This document shows, in pieces, positions 52,538-64,000 of a DNA stretch of 64,000 nt. The stretch's first letter is position 1. Each line of letters starts with the position of its first letter. Position numbers and translations under genes: made by a program. Origin of the DNA: Leucoraja erinacea. Taxonomy: Eukaryota. Under the pieces are notes generated by a model that saw nothing but the letters and a program-made list of their open reading frames with translations, searched no databases and was not told where the DNA came from. The stretch spans positions 79,484,001 to 79,548,000 of the forward strand of contig NC_073380.1 in assembly GCF_028641065.1 (NCBI RefSeq), given 5' to 3'.

Positions 52538-53663
52538 GTAGACTCTGTGGGACCCGTTGTTTTGGATTAACTTAATTAACAAAATTAATTCTGGAACGTT
52601 AGTATGGGTTGTGGGCTGAAGGGACTGGTTTGCAGCGGGCTAGTATGGGCATTGTGGGCCAAATGGTTATTGGGCTGGCAGCTCAGTCACTCAAGCCTGT
52701 TGTGCTGGCAGCTCACTCACTCACGGCTGGTGGGCTGGCAGTTGACTCACGGCTATTCCTTGAAATTCCATTTCAAGCAGGGTGCAAGGCCACCAAATTC
52801 AAGTGCATTTTCATACCATTTCAAGCAGGGTGCAAGGCCACTAAAGACAGTGAGTCGTGACCTCTCCCTTCTCCATCTTGCAGAGACTGAGCCACGTTCA
52901 CACTTTTGGGGCGTGGCCTTCATGGCGTGATTGACAGGAGAGAGAATCTCAACATTTTTTAAACACTAATAACTCTTTTATTTTTAATTGATAGGAAAAA
53001 TCCTCGGCACCTGATGAGCGGAGGGGGGCTCCTAGTAAGATGGCCAAAATCACAGCCTTATGTGGTGGCGTTTTTTCTAAAATCAATATAAAGAGCAAAC
53101 AGGAAGTGGTCAAGATTACTTTAATTAGGCAAGGCAACTTTAATTAGGCAAGGCAAGATACATTTAATTAGGAAAGGCAAGTTAAGTTTAATTAGGCAAG
53201 GCAACTTTAATTAGGCAACACAGCTTTAGCATTTCCAAACCAAAGGCAACACAGCTTTAGCATTTCCAAACCAAAGGCAACACAGCTTTAGCATTTCCAA
53301 ACTATATTTTCAAACCACATTAAGGGCACTGACAGGTCAGTAAAACCACTCACAGTTTAGTAGACATGTGTTCAGTGTTATTCACAGCTCAGACTGACAG
53401 ACGTGACCCTCTCCCATCTTGCAGGGACTGACTGAGGCACTCAACACTTCCGGGTTTTATAGTCCCTCCGGAAGGGGCATGGCCTTCAGGAGAGATAATC
53501 TCAACATTTTTTAAACACTAATAACTCTTTTATTTTTCCTGCGCAGCGGAGGGGGACTCCGAGTAAGATGGCAAAAATTCACAGCCGTAAGTGGCAGCGT
53601 TTTTTCTAAAATCAATATACAGAACAACAGGAAGTGGCAAGATCAGACTTTTAGTAATATAGT
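52538..53663 (-). mobile_element. Non-autonomous Helitron-like element with internal duplications and short tandem repeats
   Basis: Ends resemble 29360-30035 in reverse (ttttagtaatatag; gtagactctgtgggacccgttg) but are degenerate. Duplicated block at about 52938-53118 and 53489-53645; (ctttaattaggcaaggcaa)n and a 29-bp repeat at 53119-53300. Confidence 0.65.
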
Positions 53664-54812
53664 TGATATTATTGGATAGCATGCAAAACAAACCTCACCT
53701 CAGTACACCTGACAATAATAAATCTAAACTTCAACCTCAAAGCACATCATCAGTATGGACATGAGTGTCACCGGTCAGTAGTCATTGACATATGTCATAT
53801 TCTACTTATTGGACATTGGTATTAAGGATGTCCTTTTAAAGCAGTAATTGTGAGATGTTGAAGATGTCCAGGAAAGCTCCAGCCAGTTACTTCACACATT
53901 GTTTTAAGAAAGACAGGTACAGCTTATTCAGAAAAACAATTAATTTAAGGTAAACATTGTAAATCACTGATTAGATCTTTGGCAGAGTATTTTAACAAAA
54001 CTGTCAAGAGCTTAAGAAGGGCACAGAAATTATTGAACAAAATAGTAAATGGAATTTGACTTGCATCATGAGATTGCAGAAGCTGATATACTTCACCCAT
54101 GAACAGAGAAGTTGAGATTTATCATAATTGTTGAGTATTATATGGCATTTTAATAGATTAGATTGACAAAGTCTCTTCATCGGACTAAGAATCAGTAATT
54201 GGGAACACAATTTGAAGCTATTTGACAAAAAATCCAGCGAGTAAACAAGAGATTTAAGCTGCAATGAGATGATTGGAAAGCATTCTCTGAAAATGTGGTG
54301 TAACCAAATTTGATCATTCAAATCAGTTATGCAGCATGGAAAAAGGCCCTTTGGTCCAACTTATCCATACCAACCAAGATGTCTAATGAGCTGATCTCAT
54401 TCGCCTGCATTTAACCTATATCCCTCTGAACGTTTTCTATATATAAACATGTCCATATGGCTTTAAACATTGTAATTGTACTCATCAACAGCTTGTTCCA
54501 TATACCCGCGGTATGAAAAGGTTTCCCCTTCAGTCCATTTTAAACTTTTCCTCGTCACCTTAAATCTATACCCTCTAGTTTTCACTTCCCTATGCCAGAA
54601 AAACAACTGTGACCAACCACCCTATCATGATTTGATATACCTCTATAATGTCACCAAACATGGTACCTCTTGCCTGCAGGCTCAGTAGACTATTTCTGTG
54701 CAACTGTTAATCGAGGGTGGTATGGAGATACTCTACTGGACTGTTTGTAAGAAAATAATTTCACTTTGCTTTTCCACTTCGCACATTTGACAATAAAACA
54801 CCATTGAACTCC

Positions 54813-55304
54813 TGTGAAAAATATACATCTTCTAGATGCGCTGGGACGGATCCTCAGCGATGTGACCTGGGGTTATCGGGTGTTTTGGGTCTCACAACAT
54901 CAGACACCCTCGCCCAGGCGACCCAGCCAGGGTTGATCAGGCCCCGACTTGCGTCCCAGCAGCAACCGCCCACGGATCAGCTATCTTAGTAACTACTATG
55001 CGGGGGTTGGGAGACCCTAGTGCGTGGAGGGACTGGGCTCTGTGGGGTGAGTCCTGGCCGGGCTCCTCCTGTGTCTCACCAGGTTCAAGGCCTGTGCACT
55101 CCACCTCTTTCTCCTTCTCCGAGCATTTCATTCTCGCCTGATGGATTTTTAGGCGACGGTGGTTCATTAGGCCTTTCTGTAGCTTTATTAGGTGTCTATT
55201 CTTGGTTGTCACCCAGTCTATTCCCAGGTTGCCACTGGCTGAGCCAGACTTCAGTGTGAAAAATATACATCTTCCAGATGCACCGGGACACATCCTCAGT
55301 GATG
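54813..55304 (-). mobile_element. Internally deleted HERO-like element with 50-bp terminal direct repeats
   Basis: N-terminal-like RLKIHQARMKC..PGETQEEPGQDSPH joined to the 3' UTR seen at 39671-39780. Repeats at 54813-54862 and 55255-55304. Confidence 0.65.
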
Positions 55305-55309
55305 GGACA

Positions 55310-55945
55310 ATCTTCTATGGCACAGGGAAAAAGTTCCAACTTACCCGGTCTCTCCTTATAACCCAAGCCTTCTAGTCCCAGTGAATCTTTTCTGCCTCCT
55401 TTCCAGCTTAATGGCATCCTTTCTATAAAAGCACGTTCAGAACTATGTGCAATCCTCATGTGCAATCTCACCACAATTTGTATAGTTGTAAAATAACGTT
55501 CCGACTCCAGTACACAATGCCCTGACCAATAAAGGTAGGCATGCTAAATGCCTTCTACACCATCATGTCGACGTGTCACCATTTTCCATGAACTATGTAC
55601 CTGCACGCTTAGGTTGCGGATCTGCAGCACATTCTGGGCCCTGTCATTTTCACGTGTAAATCCTGTGCTTGGTTAACTGACCAAAATGCAACATTTCACA
55701 CTTGTTTAAATTATATTCCATATCACCAAATTTTGCTGTGATATACAGACTTACCAACATGTAAACAGCATTATCATTCAGAGCATTGGTAGAGATGACA
55801 AGCAACAGTGGACCCAGCACCAAACCCTGTGGAACACTACTGGTCATACATCTCCAATGTGAATAACAACAGTCACCATCTACCATCTAACTCTTTCCAC
55901 TAAGACAATTGGCTAAGTCATCCTGGATTCCATGCAATCTAACCT
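55310..55945 (-). mobile_element. Decayed CR1 RT fragment
   Basis: TSSVPQGLVLGPLL and NKCEMLHFG in ORF 55650-55886. Confidence 0.75.
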
Positions 55946-57774
55946 GACTATGACTGTGTGGCCAGGTTCAGCTCCAGCTCCATCATCAAGTTTGCTGATG
56001 ACACAGTGGTGATGGGCCTGATCTCCGATAACGATGAGAAGGCCTACCTGGAGGAGGTGGTTGACCTGGCACTCTGGGGTCAGGACAACAGCCTTCTCTT
56101 GAATGTCACTAAAACTAAGGAGCTGATTGTGGACTTTAGAAGGGCTCAACAACCGAGGACTTACACGCCACTGTAGATAAATGGGACTACTGTGGATAGG
56201 GTGGGCAGCTTTAAATACCTGGGAGTCCACATCACAGAGGATCTGACATGGACAACACACGCTGCAGCACTGGTGAGAAAGGCAAGGCAGCGCCTTTACC
56301 ACCTCAGGCAGCTGAGGAAATTCAGAGCCTCTCTGAGGATCCTTCAGTCCTTCCACTCTGGGGCTGTAGAAAGCATCTTGTCCAGTAAAATCGCGATCTG
56401 GTTCGGGAACAGCTCTACCCAGGACAGGAAGGCTCTGCAGAGAGTAGTGCGTTAGGCCGAACGCACTATGGGAACTACACTCACCCCCCTGCAGGACCAG
56501 GAGGTGCAGATCCAGAGCCAGCAAGATCATGAAGGACCCCTACCACCCCAGCTGCTGCGGTCAGGCAAGCGCCTCCACTGTCACGCTGCAAAAACAGAGA
56601 GGATGAGATGGAGTTTCTTCCCATAGGCCATCAGGACTGTAAACTCTAATCTCACCAGGGACTAATTTACTATTGTGTCTTTAAAAAAAAAATGTAAATA
56701 CAGGTGCACAACTTTTTATCCGAAAGCCTTGGGACCAGACACTTGTCGGATTTCGGACATTTTCGGATTTCCGAATGGAAGATTTTTAGCGTAGATTAGG
56801 TAGGTAGCGCGGGCGGCTTGAAAAGTCGGGAGCAGCTGCCTCCTCCCCGGAGACCGGGAGAATCATTGCATAAATGTTAGTCAGTTAGTTTGGAGGGATT
56901 TTATGTGGTGGTGGTGGAGTAGGGGTGAAGGGGGAAACTTTAATTCTTAGTCCCCTACCTGGTCGGCGACTCCCAACCTCGCGGAGCTGGCGGCTCCGTC
57001 CGGCCGCGGGCGGCGCCGGTTGGAGCTCCGACCCCAGCAACTCTACCCCCGGCTGCGCGGCTTCAAATCCAGCGACGCTCCGCGAATGTTGGGAGTCGGC
57101 GGCCACAGCGCTCCGGAGCTTGCCGCACGGCGACCCGGTAAGGCATTGCCCGCTCCCCGCTGGTGTCCCAGCGCTGCGACGCCGCCGACTCCCAACATTC
57201 GCGGAGCTGGGGCGTCCGGCCGCGGGCCGCGCTGGATTTGGAGCGCCTCGCAGCCAGGGGTAGAGTTGCCGGGGTCGGAGCTACAACCGGCGCTGCCCGC
57301 AGCCCCACCGGCCACAGCACTGCGGAGCTTACTGCACGGCGACCCGGTAAGGCATTGACCGCTCCCCGCCTCTCCGACCAGGTAGGGGACTAAGAATTAA
57401 AGTTTACCCCTTCACCCCCCCTTCACATAAAAGCCCTCCAAACTAACTGACTAACATTTAAGCAATGATTTACAGATGTTTAAGCGTCTCCCAGTCTCTG
57501 GGGAGGAGGCAGCCGCTACAGTAGTACAGACCTGGGTTGACCGTGGGTCGTTTCGGGTCAAGTTTGGCGCCAAACGCGAGCTTTGGTGCGCAGACGACAT
57601 CTGGAAAAAATGGCCGGTTTTCGGAGTTTTTCGGTTTCCGGAACTCCGGATAAAAGGTTGTGCACCTGTACTGGTTCTGTTCTGTTGTTTTGCACAATCC
57701 CGCAGGCATTGCCACTTTCATTTCACTGTACATCTTGTATGTGAATATGACAAATAAAGTTAACTCGACTTGAC
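55946..57774 (+). mobile_element. Rex1/Babar-like 3' fragment split by a TIR element
   Basis: IIKFADDTVVMGLI, KTKELIVDFR, FKYLGVHI. The 3' UTR resumes after 57670 with gacaaataaa. Confidence 0.85.
56701..57668. mobile_element. Tc1/mariner-superfamily (pogo/Tigger-like) non-autonomous element with a foldback interior
   Basis: 22-bp TIR caggtgcacaac(t/c)ttttatccg with one mismatch. TA at 56699-56700 and 57669-57670. Confidence 0.85.
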
Positions 57775-58425
57775 ATAGAAATATAGAAACATAGAAAATA
57801 GGCGCAGGAGGAGGTTATTCGGCCCTTTGAGCCAGCACCGCCATTCATTGTGATCATGGCTGATCGTTCCCTGTCAATAACCCGTGCCTGCCTTCTCCCC
57901 ATATCCCTTGATTCCACTAGCCCATAGAGCTCTATCTAACTCTCTCGTAAATCCATCCAGTGATTTGGCCTCCACTGCCCTCTGTGGCAGGGAATTCCAC
58001 AAATTCACAACTTTCTGGGTGAAAACGTTTTTTCTCACCTCAGTCTTAAATGGCCTCCCCTTTATTCTAAGACTGTGGCCCCTGGTTCTGGATTCGACCA
58101 CCATTGGGAACATTTTTCCTACATCTAGTTCAGTCCTTTCATAATTGTATATCTTTCTATAAGATATCCCCTCATCCATCTAAACTCCAGTGAACAAGCC
58201 TAGTCTTTTCAATCTGTCCTCATATGACAGTCCCGCCATCCCAGGGATCAATCTCATGAACCTACGCTGCACTGCCTCAATCACAAGGATGTCCTTCCTC
58301 AAATTAGGAGACCAAAACTGTATACAATACTCCAGATGTGGTCTTACCAGAGCCCTATACAACTGCAGAAGAACCTATACTGAAATCCTCTTGTTATGAA
58401 GGCCAACATTCCATTAGCTTTCTTC
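57775..58425 (-). mobile_element. CR1 3' fragment
   Basis: (catagaaa)n tail, LVRPHLEYCIQFWSP, LWNSLP. Confidence 0.88.
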
Positions 58426-60600
58426 ATAGAAACATAGAAATTAGGTGCAGGAGTAGGCCATTCGGCCCTTCGAGCCTGCACCGCCATTCAATATGATCAT
58501 GGCTGATCATCCAACTCAGTATCCCGTACCTGCCTTCTCTCCATACCCCCTGATCCCTTTAGCCACAAGGGCCACATCTAACTCCCTCTTAAATATAGCC
58601 AATGAACTGGCCTCAACTACCCTCTGTGGCAGAGAGTTCCAGAGATTCACCACTCTCTGTGTGAAAAAAGTTCTTCTCATCACGGTTTTAAAGGATTTCC
58701 CCCTTATCCTTAAGCTGTGACCCCTTGTCCTGGACTTCCCTAACATCGGGAACAATCTTCCTGCATCTAGCCTGTCCAACCTCTTAAGAATTTTGTAAGT
58801 TTCTATAAGATCCCCCCTCAATCTTCTAAATTCTAGCGAGTACAAGCTGAGTCTATCCAGTCTTTCTTCATATGAAAGTCCTGACATCCCAGGAATCAGT
58901 CTGGTGAACCTTCTCTGTACTCCCTCTATGGCAATAATGTCCTTCCTCAGATTTCCTGCATATTGAAATCCCCCATTACCACAGTGGCATTATCTTTGTT
59001 ACATGCCAGTTTTAACTCCTGCTGCAACTTACACCCAACATCCGGGCTACTATTTGAGGGTCTGTAGATAACACCAAATAGTGTCTTCTTGCGTTTGCAA
59101 TTCCTCAACTCAATCCAGTGACTCTATCTTGTCAGTCCCTATGTCTTCCCTCGCAAGGGACTGAATTCCATCCCTCACCAGCAGAGCTACCCCCCCCCCC
59201 CTCCCCTCCTCTGCCCACCTGCCTGTCCTTTCTATAGGATGTATAACCCTGAATATTAAGTTCCCAGGCCCAATCCTCCTGCAGCTACGTCTCAGTAATC
59301 CCCACAATGTCATATCTACCAACCTCTAACTGAGCCTCAAGCTCATCTACTTTACTTCTTAGAATTTGCGCATTCATATACAATACTTTTAATTCCTTAC
59401 GCATCTCACCTTTCTCATCGATCCCTATTACTCTTGGCCATACTCTCCTATCCTTTTGTGAGCTTCCTTTCCCGTTAATTCTGGGGTCATTCTATCCCTT
59501 TACTCCCTTTCCCTTTAACTCTGTCCTTGACTATCCCATTTGACCCCCCTCCCGCTTATTTAGTTTAAAATCACCTGTGTCGCAGTGGCAAACCTGCCTG
59601 CCAGAATGCTGGTCCCCCACCTGTTCAGGTGCAATACGTCCTTTTTTTACAGTTCCCCCTTACTCCAAAACAGATCCCAGTGATCTAAGAATCTAAATCC
59701 CTGCCCCGTGCACCAGTTCCTCCGCCACACATTCAGGTCCTGTATCTCCCTGTCCCTGCTCTTGCCAGCACGAGGAACTGGAAGCAAACTGGAGATAACA
59801 ACCCTGGAGGTTCTGCTTTTCAGCATTTTCTGAGCTCTCTCGTCACGCTTCAGAATATTCATCCCCTTCTTTCCGACATCGTTTGTGCCAACATGCACTA
59901 CAACTTCCGGCTGTTCACATTCGCCCTTGACATCCTGGATCGTGGCACCAGGGAGGCAGCACAACCATCCTTGAATCCGGTCTGTTGTCACAGAAACCCC
60001 TGTCCATACCACTCACAATGGAGTCTCCAATTACCACGGCGTTGCCTGACGTCGGCCTCTTTGGTTTTGGCTCAACAGCACTTTTTGCTTCACAAGACAG
60101 TGCGCTGCTCAGTGTGTTAACGTCTTTTGTCCCTTCTAAGTGGGTGAACCTGTTTGCAAGAGGTACAACACCCGGGGACCTTTGCATTCCATGCTTTCCA
60201 TCCCTTTCTCACCGTCACCCACCTTCTCTCTTCCAGTAACAATCTTACTGTAGGACTCGTCGAGGAATGACTCCGTTTCTCAGATGAACCTGAGGTCATC
60301 CACTTGCTTCTCCAGTTCCCCAACATGGTCCTTCAGGAGCTGTACCTGGATGCACTTCTCACATTTGTAGCAGCCAGAGGCACCAACGGTGTCCTTGACC
60401 TCCCACATACTGCAAGCATCACACTGAATCAGCTTGCTTGACATCTCCTTCTTTCGTCTCTCCCTCTCCAGCATTTGGTGTGGTGTCCTCCCTCAGCCTC
60501 CTCGCTGAAGACTCTCGAGCCAAAGACTCACACTTTACTCACTAGGCCGCTCCCTCACTGCCGCTCCCTTAGAGCAGCCCTGCTTATATTGACTGATAAA
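58426..60600 (-). mobile_element. CR1 with ORF1 and the start of ORF2 joined to a 3' end (internal deletion)
   Basis: ORF1 remnants: CDACSMW..YKCEKC, coiled coil, SGNH-esterase-like VIGDSIV and VHVGTND. Endonuclease remnants RGGGVALLV and VMGDFN, then an abrupt join at about 58953 to the 3' end. Confidence 0.85.
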
Positions 60601-62069
60601 TTGCCTATTTTACCTATTTAGTAAACCAATTTCTCAGTTTTAAACTGTTTTTCACCTGTGCCTTACTCATCTTTCTCACGGGCTTCAGCCAATCAGTTCT
60701 TCTCCATGCTTCTCTTTGTTGCTGCTTGTTCAAAATCCACATAAGCTCTGGGCTAATTCTAGCTGCTTTTTGGCGCTCATTTTAAACGGTTTAATAAAAA
60801 GGCCATCCTAATGTCCATGTAGACAACATCTACCAACCTGTCTTTGTCAATCCTCTTTGGAACCGCTTCAAACAACTCCAATCAAATTTGTGAGACATGA
60901 TCGCCCACATACAAAGTCATGCTGACTTCCCTAATGAATCCTTGGCCTTCCAATTGCTGATATTACCTGTCTTTCAGAATCCCAGTAACTTTTCCACCGC
61001 TGAGGTCAGGGTCAACCGCCTGACACGTCTTTGCAACACTTCTTTAATAAAGGCATAACGTTAACATCCCTCAGTCGTCCAATACCTCACCTGCTGCTAA
61101 AGATTATACCAATTATAGATGAATATGTGAGAGAGATATTTGCATAGCTATGTAAAAAAGCAGGGAAGTGGGACAACACAGTTAACTCTTTTAGATAGGC
61201 TAAACCCATAATAGGCTGAATGGACCATGAAATAAATGATTCTGTCACTCAATTTGTTGTCTTATTCTTCAACACAAGAATACCAGCTTTAATAAGTTAT
61301 GTTGTTCGGTTCTCTACTGTACGAACTGTCCGATTATTAAGATTCCCAAGATTTACTTATCCGAATTTCATTATTTTATTCATTAACTTCCTTCATTTTG
61401 TTTTTTAATTATTTCTCCAGCAATGATACGGTATGCTTTCCTTCTAGCGTGAAAGTGGACAAAAATATTTAATAGTTCTGCAATTATTGTTTATAATAAT
61501 ACTGCCTGTTCTTAACAGGCCATATTTCCCCAAATGATTTATAAAAACACTTACTATGAGCAATTATATCATGTACTTCATTCTTGTTTACATGTTCACT
61601 TTTTTGTAACCTTTATATTATTTGGGTCAGTTGTTCTGCAAAAAAAACTGAATGCAAGTCAAAATTTGAGAACTGGACACAATCCATTCCATTTATACAA
61701 TAGCCAGCTGGCTCCAGCAAGGGGAAAGTACTGCAATTAGATAGAATACAGGCACCAAAGTAAAAAAAAAAACAAAACATCAAAATGAAAATACAGAACT
61801 TCTCATTTATAAATTGGAATTAAAAGCAGATTGTGCTAAATTTACAGACTGCAGTTGAGACTATATTGAATCAGTTACAAGTGACATATGCATCCTTGGT
61901 TTAGGATCTAACACAACTCTTCCTGGAAGTGTTGACTTACAGGGAAAAGGATTGTCAGCTATAAATGAGCCATGGACACAATTATACAGAACAAACACAA
62001 AAATTGAGCAAGAATTCTTTGATCGAATGTTGAAAGTCAACCGAAGTAATTTTCACCAAGCAACTGCAG

Positions 62070-62740
62070 TACAGCACAGGACCAGGCCCTCTGGCCCACA
62101 ATATCTGTACTGAACCTGATGCTAAGAACAACTCTTATCTGCCTGCACGTAATCTATTCTTTGCATTTCCATGTCGTTTTCCAATTGCCTCTTAAAGGCC
62201 ACTGTTGTATCTGCCTCCACCACCACTCCTGGCAGTGCATTCCTGGCACTCATCATCCTCTGGGTAAAAACCTTGCCCTGCACATCTCCTTTAAACATTG
62301 CCCCACCTTAAAGCTATGCCCTCTAGTATTTGATGTTTACATCCTGGAATAAAGGTTCTGCCCTAACATTGCTTCTCTCAGGTCTCTTCTGAATCTCCAA
62401 CATTCCAGAGGAAACTATCCAAGTCTGTCTAACCTCTCCTTGTAGTTAAGGCATCGCTCTCGTAAACCTCCTCGGCACCCTTTTCAAAGGCTCCACATCC
62501 TTCCTGTATTTGGTCCACCAGACGAGTATGCAATACTTCAAATGTGCCCAAACCAAAGTCCTACAAAGTGGCTTAATGGCTCTTATTTCATTGTTCCATC
62601 CAATGAAGGCCACATCTTCTTTCCCCCTCTTATTTTGCCACTTTCAGGGAGTTAAGGGCTCGGAACTCTTGATCTGTTGGGGTTTGCCTTTAATTGGATC
62701 ATTTCCCCTTACATTCAACCTTCCGAAGTGCAACACCTCA
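62070..62740 (-). mobile_element. Decayed CR1 3' fragment
   Basis: caggccctctggcccaca, cctggcagtgcattcctggcac and aaagctatgccctctagt resemble the other CR1 3' ends. Confidence 0.7.
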
Positions 62741-63536
62741 TACTTACAACGTAAAACCACATTTTGGTGCAAGTTACTGCAACATGCCGTCTTACTGCAA
62801 TGAGTTATTTATCCTGAAATTAGTGGGCCAGAAGTTATTCTGGACTTAAGGACACCAGTGTTCATGCTGAAATTTACATGGGCATCCTCAAGCTTTCAGT
62901 GCTGGCAGGAGCCGAAGTCAACATCAGCATCTCTGCTGTTGTCCATTGTAACTACTCATATTGCACGAAGAAATTCCAGATGGAGTCCAACAGGGGACTA
63001 TTAGTTTCTGTGTGTTTTCCAGTTCTCAAGTTGGAAACCCTGATCAGGATTGGACTGAACCTTGCTGTTCAAGCTCAGCAGTCCCATTCAAATTAATAGG
63101 AAGTACTCTGCATTTTTTATTTATTTAAGATTATTTCAATGCTTTCAAATTGATTACTAGCATGTGAAATGTTTACTTTCTTCTGAATGTAAAGTGTAGA
63201 TTTTTTTAAATACGTCTGAAGTGTTACTATTTATGAATGTTTTAGGACACAGTCAGAGCACTTGTACTTCAGACAATAGGTGAGTCTGATGAGGTATCAA
63301 AGCTATTTTACCAGTCAATATCCACACTTCAAGTGGAGGACTGTTTCAGGTGTCATGCAGCAACAAGCAGCTTGGCCAAGGACAGATTGCCAGCAATTTG
63401 GGGGCAATGGAAGATCTGCCCAAATGTATGACATTAGGGTTAATTAAAAATGAAATTCAGTTGTTCAGGACATTTACTGCATATAGTGAATCAATATTGT
63501 AACGTTTTTGTACAAATTATTGTGCAGATATGGATT

Positions 63537-63768
63537 GTGTAAGAAGGAACTGCAGATGCTGGTTTAAACCAAAGATAGACACAATTTGCTGGAGTAACTC
63601 AGTGGGACAGACAGCATCTCTGGAAAAAAGGAATAGGTGATGGTTTGGGTTGAGACCTTTCTTCAGACTGAAGAATGGTCTCGATCCGAAACGTGACCTA
63701 TTCCTTTTAGCCTTTTCTCCAGAAATGCCGTCTGTCCCGCTAAGTTACTCCAGCATTTTGTGTCTATA
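63537..63768. mobile_element. Penelope-derived palindrome with two decayed back-to-back hammerhead-like cores
   Basis: Centre cttcagactgaag; inverted arms gctggagtaact / agttactccagc. Confidence 0.8.
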
Positions 63769-64000
63769 TACAGATAGATTAACCAGTTAGTAACAGAAGC
63801 AACTAGTTATCATAACTGTTAGTTTAACAACTAGTTAAAAGGAAAACAAAATGTCACTGTGTAACTCTGCATCTTTTGATCACATAGGGACAAGTACCCT
63901 CATGCACAATAGACTAAATTTAAATTTGTGACACGGATAAATATTCCTTTCTTCATTCAGCTGATTGTAAAAGCAACACTTCATTAATGTTTTAAACAAC

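Noticed and set aside
53119-53300. CRISPR-like short repeat array
   Set aside because: Contiguous tandem repeats without unique spacers, inside a eukaryotic repeat, with no cas genes.
56885-57393. Several GC-rich ORFs on both strands
   Set aside because: They arise from the repetitive, stop-poor MITE core; no transposase motifs.
62830-63096. Coding-looking stretch / possible 3' exon of a neighbouring gene such as TAF2
   Set aside because: No recognisable protein in the frames examined and no convincing splice signals.

Overview
Repeat-rich vertebrate genomic DNA. The repeat set (CR1 LINEs, an HE1/V-type SINE, Penelope-derived palindromes) points to a cartilaginous fish, probably a skate or ray; this is an inference. 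The only clear host gene is the 5' part of ENPP2 (autotaxin) on the minus strand. I mapped coding exons 1-6 by hand, all with GT-AG boundaries and consistent phases: 20870-20902, 20612-20708, 15177-15332, 8928-9053, 7915-7975, 5322-5419. The gene continues past position 1. Three ENPP2-linked candidates stand out: (i) a 48-nt in-frame cassette exon between the two somatomedin-B exons (14689-14736); (ii) a distal alternative first coding exon about 23.5 kb upstream (44441-44461, MVIRKQL); (iii) a 67-aa ORF just upstream of exon 1 with signal peptide / furin site / C-terminal Gly prohormone-like layout (21228-21431). The rest is mobile DNA: CR1, Rex1/Babar, L2, RTE and HERO-like retroelements, Helitron-like, Harbinger-like and Tc1/mariner-like non-autonomous elements, and about 20 Penelope-derived tails or palindromes, many with a minimal hammerhead-ribozyme core and several with clear target-site duplications. 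Exon, TIR and TSD coordinates were counted directly; other repeat boundaries are approximate. Family names come from motif recognition, not database searches.
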